Shown here one piece after another: positions 40,797-52,035 of a stretch of 64,000 bases of DNA (position 1 is the stretch's first letter; the number at the start of each line of letters is the position of its first letter). The DNA is from Eledone cirrhosa (lineage: Eukaryota). Both the position numbers and the translations under genes were made by a program. The DNA lies in contig OZ024747.1 of the NCBI GenBank assembly GCA_964016885.1, forward strand, positions 89,838,001 through 89,902,000. Direction: 5' to 3'. Below the pieces are notes generated by a model. It was not told the DNA's origin. It did no database searches and was given only the letters and a program-made list of their open reading frames with translations.

Positions 40797-42261
40797 GTGA
40801 GTGTGCATTACTAATGTTCATTATCTTTCAAGAACAAATTATTTATTGCTAACAGTCCTAGCTAAACTTTAGTGTATTCTTATCTTTATCACATATTACA
40901 CTGACTTTTTTTTTTTAAATCAAGCTTACAACTTGCAGCTCTTCTATGAATAATTCAATTTTCTTTTAGTATACTTTTCCAAAGTTTAGAAATTTTAAGT
41001 AAAACTTTTTTTTATTTCAAGAAACCAGTGTATTGTATAAATATATCTGATTCTAAAGAATGCAAATAATTTTCTTCTTCTATTCCTTTCTCTTATGTCC
41101 AATAAATTGAATATTCACACCTAAAACAAATAAATACTTAATGTTTTATCTAATTATTAATACTGTAGAAACTAATGTTTATGACATAAGCATACTTATG
41201 TACACAAACATAAGTATTGTTCAAAACAGTGCTTTAAGTTACATTAAAATTGCAGAATAAATTTATTTCATATTGAATTATAGTTACTGACATGATAGTG
41301 TGGTTAAGAAGTTCACTTCGGAACTGCATAGCTTAGGGTTTAGCGCACTGTGTACAACCCTGATCTAGGGGCTTCCATTATAGAGCTGGACTGAATAACA
41401 CTTTGTGAGTGATTTAGATAGATGGAAACTGTAAGGAAGCAGCCCATTGTATACGTATGTATGTTTGTATATTAGTATATATGTATGTATGTATGTATGT
41501 ATGTGTATGAGTATGTATGTATGTAGGTATGTGTGTGTGTATGTAGGTGTGTATGTATGTAAGTGTGTATGTATGTATTTATGAACGTGTGTATGTATGG
41601 CTCTTTATAGTCTGAATTCAAATCCTGCTGAGGTTAGCTTTGCCTTTCACCCTTACGGGGTCTACAAAATAAAATACCAGTAATGCACTGGAGTCGATTT
41701 AATTGACTTTCCTCTCACCGCAAAATTGTTGGCCTTGCCTAAATCAGAAACTATTATTATTATTATGACGCCATGCTTTGCAGCATAGAGTTATGGCCCT
41801 TTACGTTCTGAGTTCAAATCCCACTGAGGTTACCTTTGCCTTTCATCCTTACAGGGTCGATAAAATAAAGTACCAGTAATGCACTGGGTAATTGCTGGCC
41901 TTGTGCCAAAAGTAGAAACAATTATTATTATTACTTCTCTTTTTTTCTTCTTTTGTCTTCTTAGCTCCAAAGCATAAATGTGATGTTTTAAAGCCAGTTT
42001 TTAGCCATAGTTTTATGTTAGGAAGTCTTTGAAATATAAGTATTCTCTTAGAATCTAGAACAGTTAAGTCAATTGAAGAACTGTAGAATAAAGAATTCTT
42101 CCCAGGAAAAAAAGAAAAATGATTCCAGCAATAGATTCAATTTCACAATCTACAAGGCAATGGGGAAACTGCCAAGTGGTTGCTCAGCCTGCAAGGAATA
42201 GCAGCCAATTCTATATTAACCCTTTTATTACCATATTTCTAATGAAAGATGCTGTCTATAA

Positions 42262-43180
42262 TCTGTATATATATAAAATTAAGTATGTGTGTGTCTGTGT
42301 ATTACCTATAGGGGCCTACACCTTACGACCGATTTTCATGAAACTTTACAGGCTCATAGATTAGTCATCGGGGAGTGTTTTCTATATATCAGCGTATCGT
42401 TTTTTTTATTCCGGAGTCATTCTGCAGATAAAAATTGATAGGGGGTCACCTTTTTTTAGGTATCGAAAAATAAGATTTTTGACTCTAGCTCCCACATTTT
42501 GCCACCGATTTCGTTCAAATTTTAAAGTAAAATAGAATTTATCATTGCACATCCTGGCTTTATATTTTGCATTTGTTGTTCAGGGACGGCGTGGCAGCCA
42601 CTTAAATATTCAAAAATACCACTTTTAGACTCAAATTTCCACTTTTTCAGCTCTAGCTCCCACATTAATCAACCTACTTTGTTCAAATTTTACATTACGC
42701 TAGATCTGATTATTTCACACCTTAAAGTGGCTTTACATTTTGGATTTTTTGTTCAGAAATGGCGTGGCAGCCGCTTAAATATTCGAAAATACCACCTTTT
42801 CGCTCAAATTTCCGCCTTTTCGGCTCTAGCTCCCACATTTTTCAACTGATTTCGTTCAAATTCGAAACTTCGGCTCCACCTCACATATAAATCAATTTAT
42901 TTGGTTCAACTTTTATACTACGATAGAACCTATCATTGCACATCTTATAGTAGCTTTACACTTTGCAATTTTTGTTCAAGGACGACGTGGCAGCCGTTTA
43001 ACTCTTCAAAATACGGTTTTTACCACCTCCCACATATTCCATACGATTTCACTCAACATTTCGCCATTTGCTACACCTTACAACCGATTTTCAAGAAACT
43101 CGCAGTCGCTAAGATCAACACCTTTTCATCAAAGCAGATATTATTTTACCTACCCAGGCAACGCTGGGTACTGCTGCTAG
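42262..43180 (+). mobile_element. Non-autonomous Helitron
   Basis: A|TC...tatatataaa 5' end; subterminal hairpin tacccag-gcaacg-ctgggta (43151-43170); CTAG|T 3' end; no TSD; internal ~170-bp subrepeats (ctctagctcccacatt). Confidence 0.85.
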
Positions 43181-43407
43181 TTTTCAAATAAATTTGAAAA
43201 TAATCAAAAATTCTAGCCATCTTAAAACTAAAAAGTCCAGCTGAGGGCACAAATAAATTGCTACGGCTGTCACTGGTGTGACCCCCCCCCCCCACCACCA
43301 CCACCACCACTGCAGGGGCCTGGAGCAATTGCCCCCCATTAAATCAGGCCCTGCTCTAACTACCATACATCAGAATCAAATTCTTAGTTTCCCAGTTTTA
43401 TAAAAGA

Positions 43408-43890
43408 AATAACATTACTAGCGTTTAATAAAATAATATTACTAGCATTTAACAAAATAGCATTACTACCGTTTAATAAAATAATAATACTAGTGTTTAA
43501 CAAAATATCGTTACTAGCGTTTAATAAAATACCATTACTACCGTTTAATAAAATACCATTACTATTGTTTAACAAAATAGTATTACTAGTGTTTAACAAA
43601 ATACCATTACTACTGTTTAACAAAATAGCATTACTAGCGTTTAACAAAATACCATTACTACTGTTTAACAAAATAATATTACTAGCATTTAACAAAATAA
43701 TATTACTAGCATTTAACAAAATACCATTATTAGCATTTAACAAAATACCATTCCTACTGTTTAACAAAATAATATTTCTAGCGTTTAACAAAATATCATT
43801 ACTAGTGTTTAACAAAATAGCATTACTAGCATTTAATAAAATAGCAGTACTGCTGTTTAGCAAAATAATATTACTACCGTTTAATAAAAT
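43408..43890. repeat. 24-bp minisatellite (~20 copies)
   Basis: Unit ~tttaacaaaataccattactagcg; the period of 24 produces the repetitive 8-aa ORFs on both strands. Confidence 0.95.
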
Positions 43891-44903
43891 AAAGGCTTAC
43901 CCATATAATACAATGGTCCAACATAATTTTATTTTGTTTCTTTTAGATTGAATTTTTATATCATATAAATGAATCTAACTAGGCTTAATATTTCTTAGTA
44001 TGCTACAGAACAGAATATTTTAGATATAATTCTAATTTATTGTTCTTTTATTTTAATTCAATCTCATAAAAGTTACCCAATCTTTGTCATATATCTCACA
44101 TTTCAGAGTTCACTTGAATTATTTTGGCTTTAAGTTTGGGGTAGATGAGGTAGATTTATGATTCTTTGATATCTATCTTTATATGGAAAGCATTATTGCA
44201 TGATGTGATATTTTTGATGTCATGAAAAATTCACAGAATTAAATTAGTAGTTTCAACTGTTCTAATTTAATTTCATAATTGATATTATATTATTTAATTT
44301 TTTTGTTCTCTCTCATCGAAATGAAAGTTAGATTTTATGTGGGAAACATTAACGAAAATTCATTTTAGTAAAATATATTTCAAGCACCCTGTAGTTCATT
44401 AAAATTTAAGTGTTTGTAAATTGGAAAAGGAAAATCATAAAATCCATATTCATAGATACAAATTGTCTTTTATTATGTTATTTTGTTTGTTTTGTTTTGT
44501 TTTTTGTTATTTCAAAGCACTTGGAAAATATATTATAAATTGTTTTAAAATCTTCTGTTGACATTATACTGAAGACACTTGCTATTAAATTTTATTAGTT
44601 TAAAATAAATCACATAAAATATTTAAAATAAAATACATTTTAACACCTGTATGGGTTAATTTCGATTATTAAATAAAAGTGGTGAAAAGAAGGGAATAAT
44701 TGGAAAGGCATTAAATGATAATGATGATAAAAGATGTACAGTTATATATATATATATATACACAGTTATATATATATTATATATATATATACACAGTTAT
44801 ATATATATATATATATACATACACAGTTATATATATATATATACACACAGTTATATATATATATATATATACATATATAACTGTATATATATGTATATAA
44901 CTG

Positions 44904-44938
<35 letters not shown>

Positions 44939-45172
44939 ACATATATATGTGTAAGTGTATGTGTGTTGCTCTAAGAGAGAAATAAATAACGTGATGGATG
45001 TTTGTGTTTGTGAAACATGCAACATTTGCAAGTTTTCTAGGGAAATATACATTGATCTGTGTGGTTATCGTGTTTTAAATCTCGTTTGTATTTTGAAGAA
45101 GTGCACTTTATGACTGATCCATGTTAAAACATCACCATCTTCATTAAAATTATTCACACTAAATACACTCAT

Positions 45173-45203
<31 letters not shown>

Positions 45204-45281
45204 CATATGTATATATGTGTGTATATATATATATGGGTGTGTGTGTGTGTTTATATATATATATATATACACATATATATA

Positions 45282-45322
<41 letters not shown>

Positions 45323-45323
45323 T

Positions 45324-45362
<39 letters not shown>

Positions 45363-46525
45363 ACACATATACATATATACACACATCCACACACATATAT
45401 ATGTATGTGTGTACATATAGCTACCAAATGGGAAGTATTCTATACAGGTGTTTCATTCTTCTTGTACATGTTGCTATATAAAGAAAAGTCAGTGTGCAAA
45501 TTTAACTTAATTCTTACTAAAATATCTCTTTTTTAGTATCTATGAAAGAAGAAAAAAAATTAATATATCTTTGCTTCTACCCTTTAATACATGAGTTAAG
45601 CATCTTGGTTAAGCAATTAAATATCAGTTTGATTGATAATTTCTAAAGATATGATTTAATTGAACTGTATTGTGTCAATAAATTTGATAAAGCTAAGGTA
45701 TTAAATAGAAATATGAAGTTAAATCTTTCATTTCAAGTATATTATATTTATTGATTTTTGTTAAGTTTACAGCTTATCATATCCCACAAAATAAGATTTT
45801 CAATCTTTATCAACTTAAATTTCTGTATTCTCTGAGAGTGTGACATTGTATCTGTTTAATACCTTCAATATCTTAGTTCCAATATTCCCAATTAAGAATT
45901 CTCAAATGACAAATTAAGTTACATACTTTACAAGCAGTATCACAATTTTCATATACACTGTAGAGTATTAGGTATATAATACATCTGTTTGTTTTTCATT
46001 ATAAGCTTTAATGAGTTTAGAACAGTTAAAACATGTTTAGCTAACATCTTTTTTTGTCATTGTCAAAACTTGGGATAAAACTAGAGACTTAGTTTCACTC
46101 AACTCTGGCCATATGAATATTTAGGAATAAATCCTAAACTTACCATTCCAATTATGTGCTTCAATTTATGAGATGCATTATTGGAATAATAATTTAGATT
46201 ATTATCATATGAAACATAGTTTAAATATTTACCATTTATCTCAGAATGCCAACACCACAAATTCTGTGGAAGGATAAAAGATTAGACTTAATGGTGTTTG
46301 AATCTGAATTCAAAAGCCAGCATACAGATCTACCATTTCACAATCTTGATTAGTTTCTTAACAATAAAGCATAGCTGTACCTTTATGACCCCAGCTTTAA
46401 AAATTCTTAAATGAAACTAGAAACTCAATTTTCTAAATTTATTGCTTCTTAATGACAGTATCTATAAATAGTCAATGGTTTCGAGAAGCTGGTAATATAT
46501 ATCAGTTATTGTGTCATTTAATCAG

Positions 46526-46661
46526 GTGTTGCACACTTTCATGGTTATGAGGTAGATGAGACTGGTCTGCCAGAGAAGAAATATGGCTTTGTTGTCAATC
46601 CTCCTGAGAAGTCATTACGGACATTTTACTTCAATGCTGAAAATGAAACTGATAAGAAAAG
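46526..46661 (+). CDS. PDZPH1: Internal coding exon: C-terminal half of the PH domain
   Basis: atcag acceptor, AAAAG|gtgagt donor. Phase-1 start matches the previous exon. Translates (G)VAHFHGYEVDETGLPEKKYGFVVNPPEKSLRTFYFNAENETDKK(R), with the PH motif RTFYF.AE. Ends phase 2; the next exon (W helix) was not found in the window. Confidence 0.93.
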
Positions 46662-47689
46662 GTGAGTGATGATGCAGTTTGAAAATAAATCAAACAAGAG
46701 GAAAAAAATATTGATTTCTATCTTGTACATTTTTTGATCTGGTATTTATGATTGTTATTATTATTATGTTTTTATTTTTTTGTCGGGCTTAGTAAATATA
46801 TGGCAATTAAGTGAAGAAATATTATAAGAAGTTGAAGTATAATTCAAAGGATTTTGTATGAAATTTAATGACATCTTAGCCCTCATGATGGGTTGGTGTT
46901 TTGTATAAATGAATATATTGTGTATAAGTAAAAACTCAATAGAAAAATAAATTATTTACTAAAACTAGGAAAATATGACCTCTAGCATCTGTAATCTCTA
47001 TGACTGTGAAATTCAGTGTATACTATAATAAATTATTCAGATAATTTCATCTCTTTTTTTAAAAATAATAATGCTCTAGAAAGAACTTTTATTATTATCA
47101 TTATTAATTAAAGATTTATTTCAAACAATACAATAAGCTGAAGTTTGAGTTTGATGTGTGACAGTATATAATGGTAAAATATATACTGCTAACATAAAAA
47201 ATATCCACCCATATCTTTAATTCTTAGCTATTGAAACATTTTGGAAATTTTTAAATGATGGAAAATGAAAATTTTTGAGAAATCTTTTAATAATATCTAT
47301 GAAATATGTTTATAAAATATTATTCATTTTTATTTTCTTATGAAAAAATCTGAGCATATTGTGCATTTCAAAATATTCTGAACTGTTATCAACCTTCATA
47401 TTATGGGTTCATGACTCAAAGATGGAGTAACTAATGAGCTAAAAAAACGATAAAGCTTAGAATATTATATTTTAAATAATTTTAGAAAATAAGTAAAAGT
47501 AAACCTATGTAGAATATAAGAATTTCCTACATAAACTGAAATAAAATATTAAAATACCTTCCTTCACATTATATTCCCAGAAACATTTCTCTATCAACAT
47601 TATCATTCTGGTATTTAAATCTACAATCTTGGCAATTATTTTTTATTGATTTCGAATAGAGGAAAGGCTGTGCTTATGGCTTTTGCAGT

Positions 47690-48020
47690 CCTGGTTAAAC
47701 CAGTGAGACTGATGCTGTTAACATTCCTGGTTGTAGAAAAAACATTTACAAGAAGGGAATTCTAGAGGTTTGATATTCTAAGGAGGTAGAACTGAGTGTG
47801 ATACTTAGTTTGGGGCCTACATAGAGGTAAGGACACAATACAGATGTTGAGTAGAAAGATGAGTGAGTTGGGAGCGCCTAAGTAAAGGGAATACAAGACC
47901 AACCTGCTTTGAGGTGCAGAGACCAAAGTAGTAGCCAGAGAAAAAGTAGAGAATGGATACAGCCTGTCAGTGTGCCAGAGGTTGAAGTGTGTTGCTGAGT
48001 GACTTTATGCTAATCAGTTG
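47690..48020 (-). mobile_element. Decayed CR1-like LINE fragment
   Basis: Minus frame LQPLAH*QAVS.LYFFSGYYFGLC.S resembles the CR1 LQ.L.HRR.V..L..FY.YY.G.CS motif. Confidence 0.6.
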
Positions 48021-48360
48021 GGTAACCTTTCTTTAGACGTAGTCTATAAATCTATATATGTGTGTAACAGTAACACCACTCCAGATATAGGAGCAGTACA
48101 CACTGTAAAGTGGTCATGTAGGTGTCACAACCAAAGGCACCCAGTACTCACTGTAAATGTGGTTGGCATTAGGAAGGGCATCCAGCTGTAGAAACCAGGC
48201 TAAAATCAGTTCTGTTTGAGCAAGACATGGTCACCTAACCTAGCATTGCCCACAACAGGACACCTCGTCTAACCCATGCTAGTGTGGAAGAATAAAAGTA
48301 AAATGATGATGATATATGTGTGTGTGTTGTGTTTATATATATATATATAAATATATATAT

Positions 48361-48641
48361 ATAAACGAACTAAGGAAAAAATTAGAAATAAGAGGGATCA
48401 GATGTTGTTTACTCGAGAGAAGGCTACATTGGTATGGTCACATGATGCGCATGAAGGACGATAGCTGTATAACAAAGTGCAGGGCAATAAAGATAGACGG
48501 TAGCCACGGAATAGGCAGACCCAGAAAAACCTGGGACGAGCTGATAAATTCCGACCTCACACACTTACACCTCACCAAAACAATGTCACTGGACCGAGAC
48601 CTTTGGCGGTACTCAGTAATAGAGAAGACCCGCCTAACCTA
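48361..48641 (+). mobile_element. RTE-clade LINE 3' fragment
   Basis: Translation contains RRLHWYGHMMRM...GRPRKTW...DRDLWR, the typical RTE ORF C-terminus. Confidence 0.9.
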
Positions 48642-49123
48642 AATACAAAGTAAAACCTACTACAGTCAGTAGGCATCTCTAACAAAATACACCCCCGTCC
48701 CACCACCCCCACCCCATCCACACCGCCCCTTTCAATGTAAAGTTATGTTGGTGCCACAACATCCAGGCCGAAACAAATGAGATCGTGTAGGTGTCACGTC
48801 AAAAAACACACAGTTCACGCTGTAATGTGGCCGTGTAGGCAACACGGTAAAAACCTCCCAGCCCCACACTGTAAATGTGGTTGGTGTTAGGAAGGGCATC
48901 CAGCTGTAGAAAACCCGCCAGATAGTCCTATGCGAGCAAGATAACCACTCTTGCCTCAAGTGGGAAAACCCCCGTCCAAACCCATGCAAGCGTGGAACAC
49001 GGACGTTAAACGATGATGATGATGATGATGATGATGATATATATATAAACACAACACACACAAACGTATATATATATACGTTTTTCGAAATATTTACTTT
49101 TGTATCCACAGATTGATTTTTTT

Positions 49124-49175
49124 AGTTTCAGAAGATCCCCTTAAGGGTGAAAGCAGCGATTCTTTTGCTTAAACT
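49124..49175 (+). ncRNA. Hammerhead-like motif, U4A core variant (same family as 28122)
   Basis: aguuu CAGAAGA uccccuuaagggu GAAA gca...ugc UU aaacu, with a 5-bp stem I. Confidence 0.55.
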
Positions 49176-49460
49176 TTAATCTGTTCTTATAATAAATATT
49201 TTCTCTACAGGTTTATATATATTATATATATATATATATATAATCCTTATCGAGCCCTCTTTGGATTTTAGTCTTCACATTTATTATTACTATATATACA
49301 CACACACATATATATATATATATTAGAAAGTGAGGTTTTTTTTACAAAATGAAAAATAACCGAGGTGTCCTACACGAGTGAAAGTATAAAGAAAAAGAGA
49401 TGAAATCGAAAATGCAACTGGTGTCTTATTTTTTTTAAAAATATATATATTTATTTGGTT

Positions 49461-49498
49461 CCTTTACCGGTTTCGCAGTTCTTCTGCTTTTCAAAAGG
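49461..49498 (-). ncRNA. Minimal hammerhead ribozyme (mirror copy in palindrome)
   Basis: Exact reverse complement of 49576-49613. Confidence 0.78.
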
Positions 49499-49575
49499 TG
49501 AGTTGAGATGGAGGGTCTGTGGTTTTTCTCACATCTCAGATGTGAGAAAAACCACAGACCCTCCATCTCAACTCA

Positions 49576-49613
49576 CCTTTTGAAAAGCAGAAGAACTGCG
49601 AAACCGGTAAAGG
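49576..49613 (+). ncRNA. Minimal hammerhead ribozyme, U3-A8 variant with palindromic loop III (Penelope-like type)
   Basis: ccuu UUGAAAA gcag aagaa cugc GAAA ccgg UA aagg. 4-bp stems I and II, C3-G8 replaced by compensatory U3-A8, CCGG palindrome in place of stem III, GUA triplet. Confidence 0.8.
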
Positions 49614-49682
49614 AACCAAATAAATATATATATTTTTTAAAAAAATAAGACACCAGTTGCATTTTCGATTTCATCTCTTTTT

Positions 49683-49754
<72 letters not shown>

Positions 49755-49944
49755 ATATATATATATATATGTGTATATATAGTAATAATAAATGTGAAGA
49801 CTAAAATCCAAAGAGGGCTCGATAAGGATTATATATCATCATCATCATCATCATTTTACGTCCGTTTTTCCCTGCTTGCAAGCTATATATATATATAATA
49901 TATATAAACCTGTAGAGAAAATATTTATTATAAGAACAGATTAA

Positions 49945-49995
49945 AGTTTAAGCAAAGAATCGCTGCTTTCACCCTTAAGGGGATCTTCTGAAACT
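49945..49995 (-). ncRNA. Hammerhead-like motif, U4A core variant (inverted copy)
   Basis: Reverse complement of 49124-49175, differing by one T in loop III. Confidence 0.55.
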
Positions 49996-50149
49996 AAAAA
50001 AATCAATCTGTGGATACAAAAGTAAATATTTCGAAAAACGTATATATATATACGTTTGTGTGTGTTGTGTTTATATATATATATTAATACGATGAAACCT
50101 ATATATTATCTAATTTCAAACTCGCTCACTGTTTCAAAACATACTTACT

Positions 50150-50185
<36 letters not shown>

Positions 50186-50368
50186 ATATATAGTATAACT
50201 GAACAAAAAAGAAAAACGAACACAGACATATACATATATGTGTTCAAATCATAAGGGACCAGAATCGCTAAGGTGAAAAAAATACTAACTACAGACAATA
50301 GGGTTTGCCAGACTCAATTTAAGAATAAATCAAGAAAAATAGATACAAATTGTGGTAACAACCAAATG

Positions 50369-50443
50369 CCCGGACAGTTTTGATAAAACTGTTTCGCAAT
50401 ATTATGTGAAAAGGAGTACCAAAGTCCTAAGCTCATCAGCAGG
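50369..50443 (-). ncRNA. Type I hammerhead ribozyme (canonical core)
   Basis: Minus strand: cctg CUGAUGA gc-[33 nt]-gc GAAA caguuuu auc aaaacug UC cggg. Intact core, 7-bp stem III, GUC cleavage triplet, 4-bp stem I with one G-U. Confidence 0.8.
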
Positions 50444-50620
50444 TGAATAAATTAGTATCCTGATAACTTCTAAATCTAATAAAAAACTGGATAGTGTAAC
50501 GCACATGGTTCCCGAACTTAGCGTGTCCCGAACTTAGGTAATTTACTGTAATGAGACTATTTTGAGTTTCTAACTCAATACATACCTTTGATATAGTAAT
50601 ATATATATATATATATATTG

Positions 50621-50830
50621 GTATACTTTGGGAGGGTCATGTTGCCAATAAGAAACACACGCACCAGTTGCTTTCACTTCAATTTATAATTTAATTTATA
50701 ATAAATTGAAGTGAAAGCAAGTGGTGCGTGTGTTTCTTATTGGCAACATGACCCTCCCAAAGTATAACAGTATCGGTTTCAACACACCTTTTCAGATAAA
50801 GAATCTTGCTAAACGAATTCAGAAACGATA
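50621..50830 (+). mobile_element. Fold-back element with tail entering an ORF start (MTLPKYNSIGFNTPFQIKNLAKRIQKR)
   Basis: Inverted arms ~50621-50688 / ~50700-50766, between (TA)n tracts; same termini (tatactt.gggagggtcat) as the 4850 element. Confidence 0.65.
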
Positions 50831-50863
50831 TATATATATAGTAATATATATATATATATATAT

Positions 50864-51627
50864 CATGATAAATTAACGGAGCGATAGACTCTCGCCATTC
50901 CCTGTAAATAATGTGCTCAAAGGAGAGGAAATCCTGAGCTCTTTAAAATACAATATGTTGAAAAGGTAACACATTAGGGAATCTATAACCTATGAAAGGT
51001 TATAGATTCCATACACTGGTGGTTTTTCCCTGTTTTATTGATAGCGCACTGTATCTCTCTCTAGTGTGTTACCTTTTCACCATATTGTATTTTAAAGAGC
51101 TCAGGATTTCCTCTCCTTTGAGCACATTACTGACAGGGAATGGTGAGAGTCTATGGCTCCGTTAATTTATCATGATATTTCGCTCCTTATAACAGTCTTT
51201 CCTCTCTCTCTGTTTGGTTGAGCACACTTCTCTGAGTGTTGGGCTGCCCTTTCTAGCAGCTCGTCCCTCAGAGGCCACTGGTTCACTGCCCTTAAACACA
51301 CTGTGACTTCTCTCTCCCACGTTTAGCTGGAAAGTCATTTTAAAATTCTCTTAGTGTTGTCTGAAATGTATTGCCTTACACACGCTGAGAAACCGGGTTA
51401 CTCCATTTCTGTCAACAACTTACTGGCGAAACAGATCTCTTTGAATTTGTACGTGTGTTATATAGTTATAGAGGGATTTATTTACACTTTAATTTATATT
51501 TTTAATTATCGTGTCTATAGTCTGCCTTTCATAGGTTATAGATTCCATACACTGGTGGCTTTTCCCTGTTTTATTGATAGCGCACTGTATCTCTCTCTAG
51601 TGTGTTACCTTTTCAACATATTGTATA
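50864..51627. mobile_element. Composite element with partial tandem and inverted terminal repeats and a hammerhead (pLTR-like)
   Basis: 50864-50975 is inverted relative to ~51063-51177; ~50995-51095 is repeated directly at ~51531-51627; hammerhead motif at 51378; (TA)n on both sides. Confidence 0.7.
51378..51458 (+). ncRNA. Hammerhead ribozyme motif with altered core
   Basis: acacacg CUGAGAA a-ccgg...cugg-c GAAA caga ucucuuugaa uuug UA cgugugu. 7-bp stem I, stems II and III present, but G8 appears as A. Confidence 0.55.
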
Positions 51628-52035
51628 TATATATATATATATATAAAATTTAGAAGTTTACATACACATAAACTATATATATATACATACATATAGATCA
51701 TCAATTTTTTCCATAAATAATGTAGATGCAGAGTAAAAACAAATTCAGTCAACATTCAAACATGTTAGGTTTTTTATTGACTTGTTTCCTGTCACTGACA
51801 GTTACTGATTCAAATGACAGCAAAATGAATTTGAGGAATTTTAGTGCATTTTGTTTCTGGTTATATTTTCAACCATATCTAAATGTTACTATAATAGTGA
51901 TAAGATAAATCCTGTTGCACATCACAACCTTTTTTCTGATTCACTTCTAGCTTTGAGCAGTAAATTACTATTAATATTGTTAAAGGATGCCTTCAACTTG
52001 ATATATATAACATACTTAGATATATGCATGCATAT

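Larger units (their letters stand above)
49385..49689. mobile_element. Near-perfect palindromic (fold-back) element with two hammerheads; probable inverted pLTR remnant of a Penelope-like element
   Basis: ~152-bp arms around a single C at 49537 (acatct-c-agatgt); right end runs into (TA)n. Confidence 0.75.
49040..50078. repeat. Outer long inverted repeat (49040-49295 / 49778-50078) enclosing the 49385-49689 palindrome
   Basis: ~250 bp nearly identical inverted arms; the right arm carries a short (CAT)n SINE-tail insertion at ~49836-49883. Confidence 0.85.

Noticed and set aside
43384-43951. 159-aa and 152-aa repeat-protein ORFs on both strands
   Set aside because: By-product of a stop-free 24-bp minisatellite; no splice or domain support.
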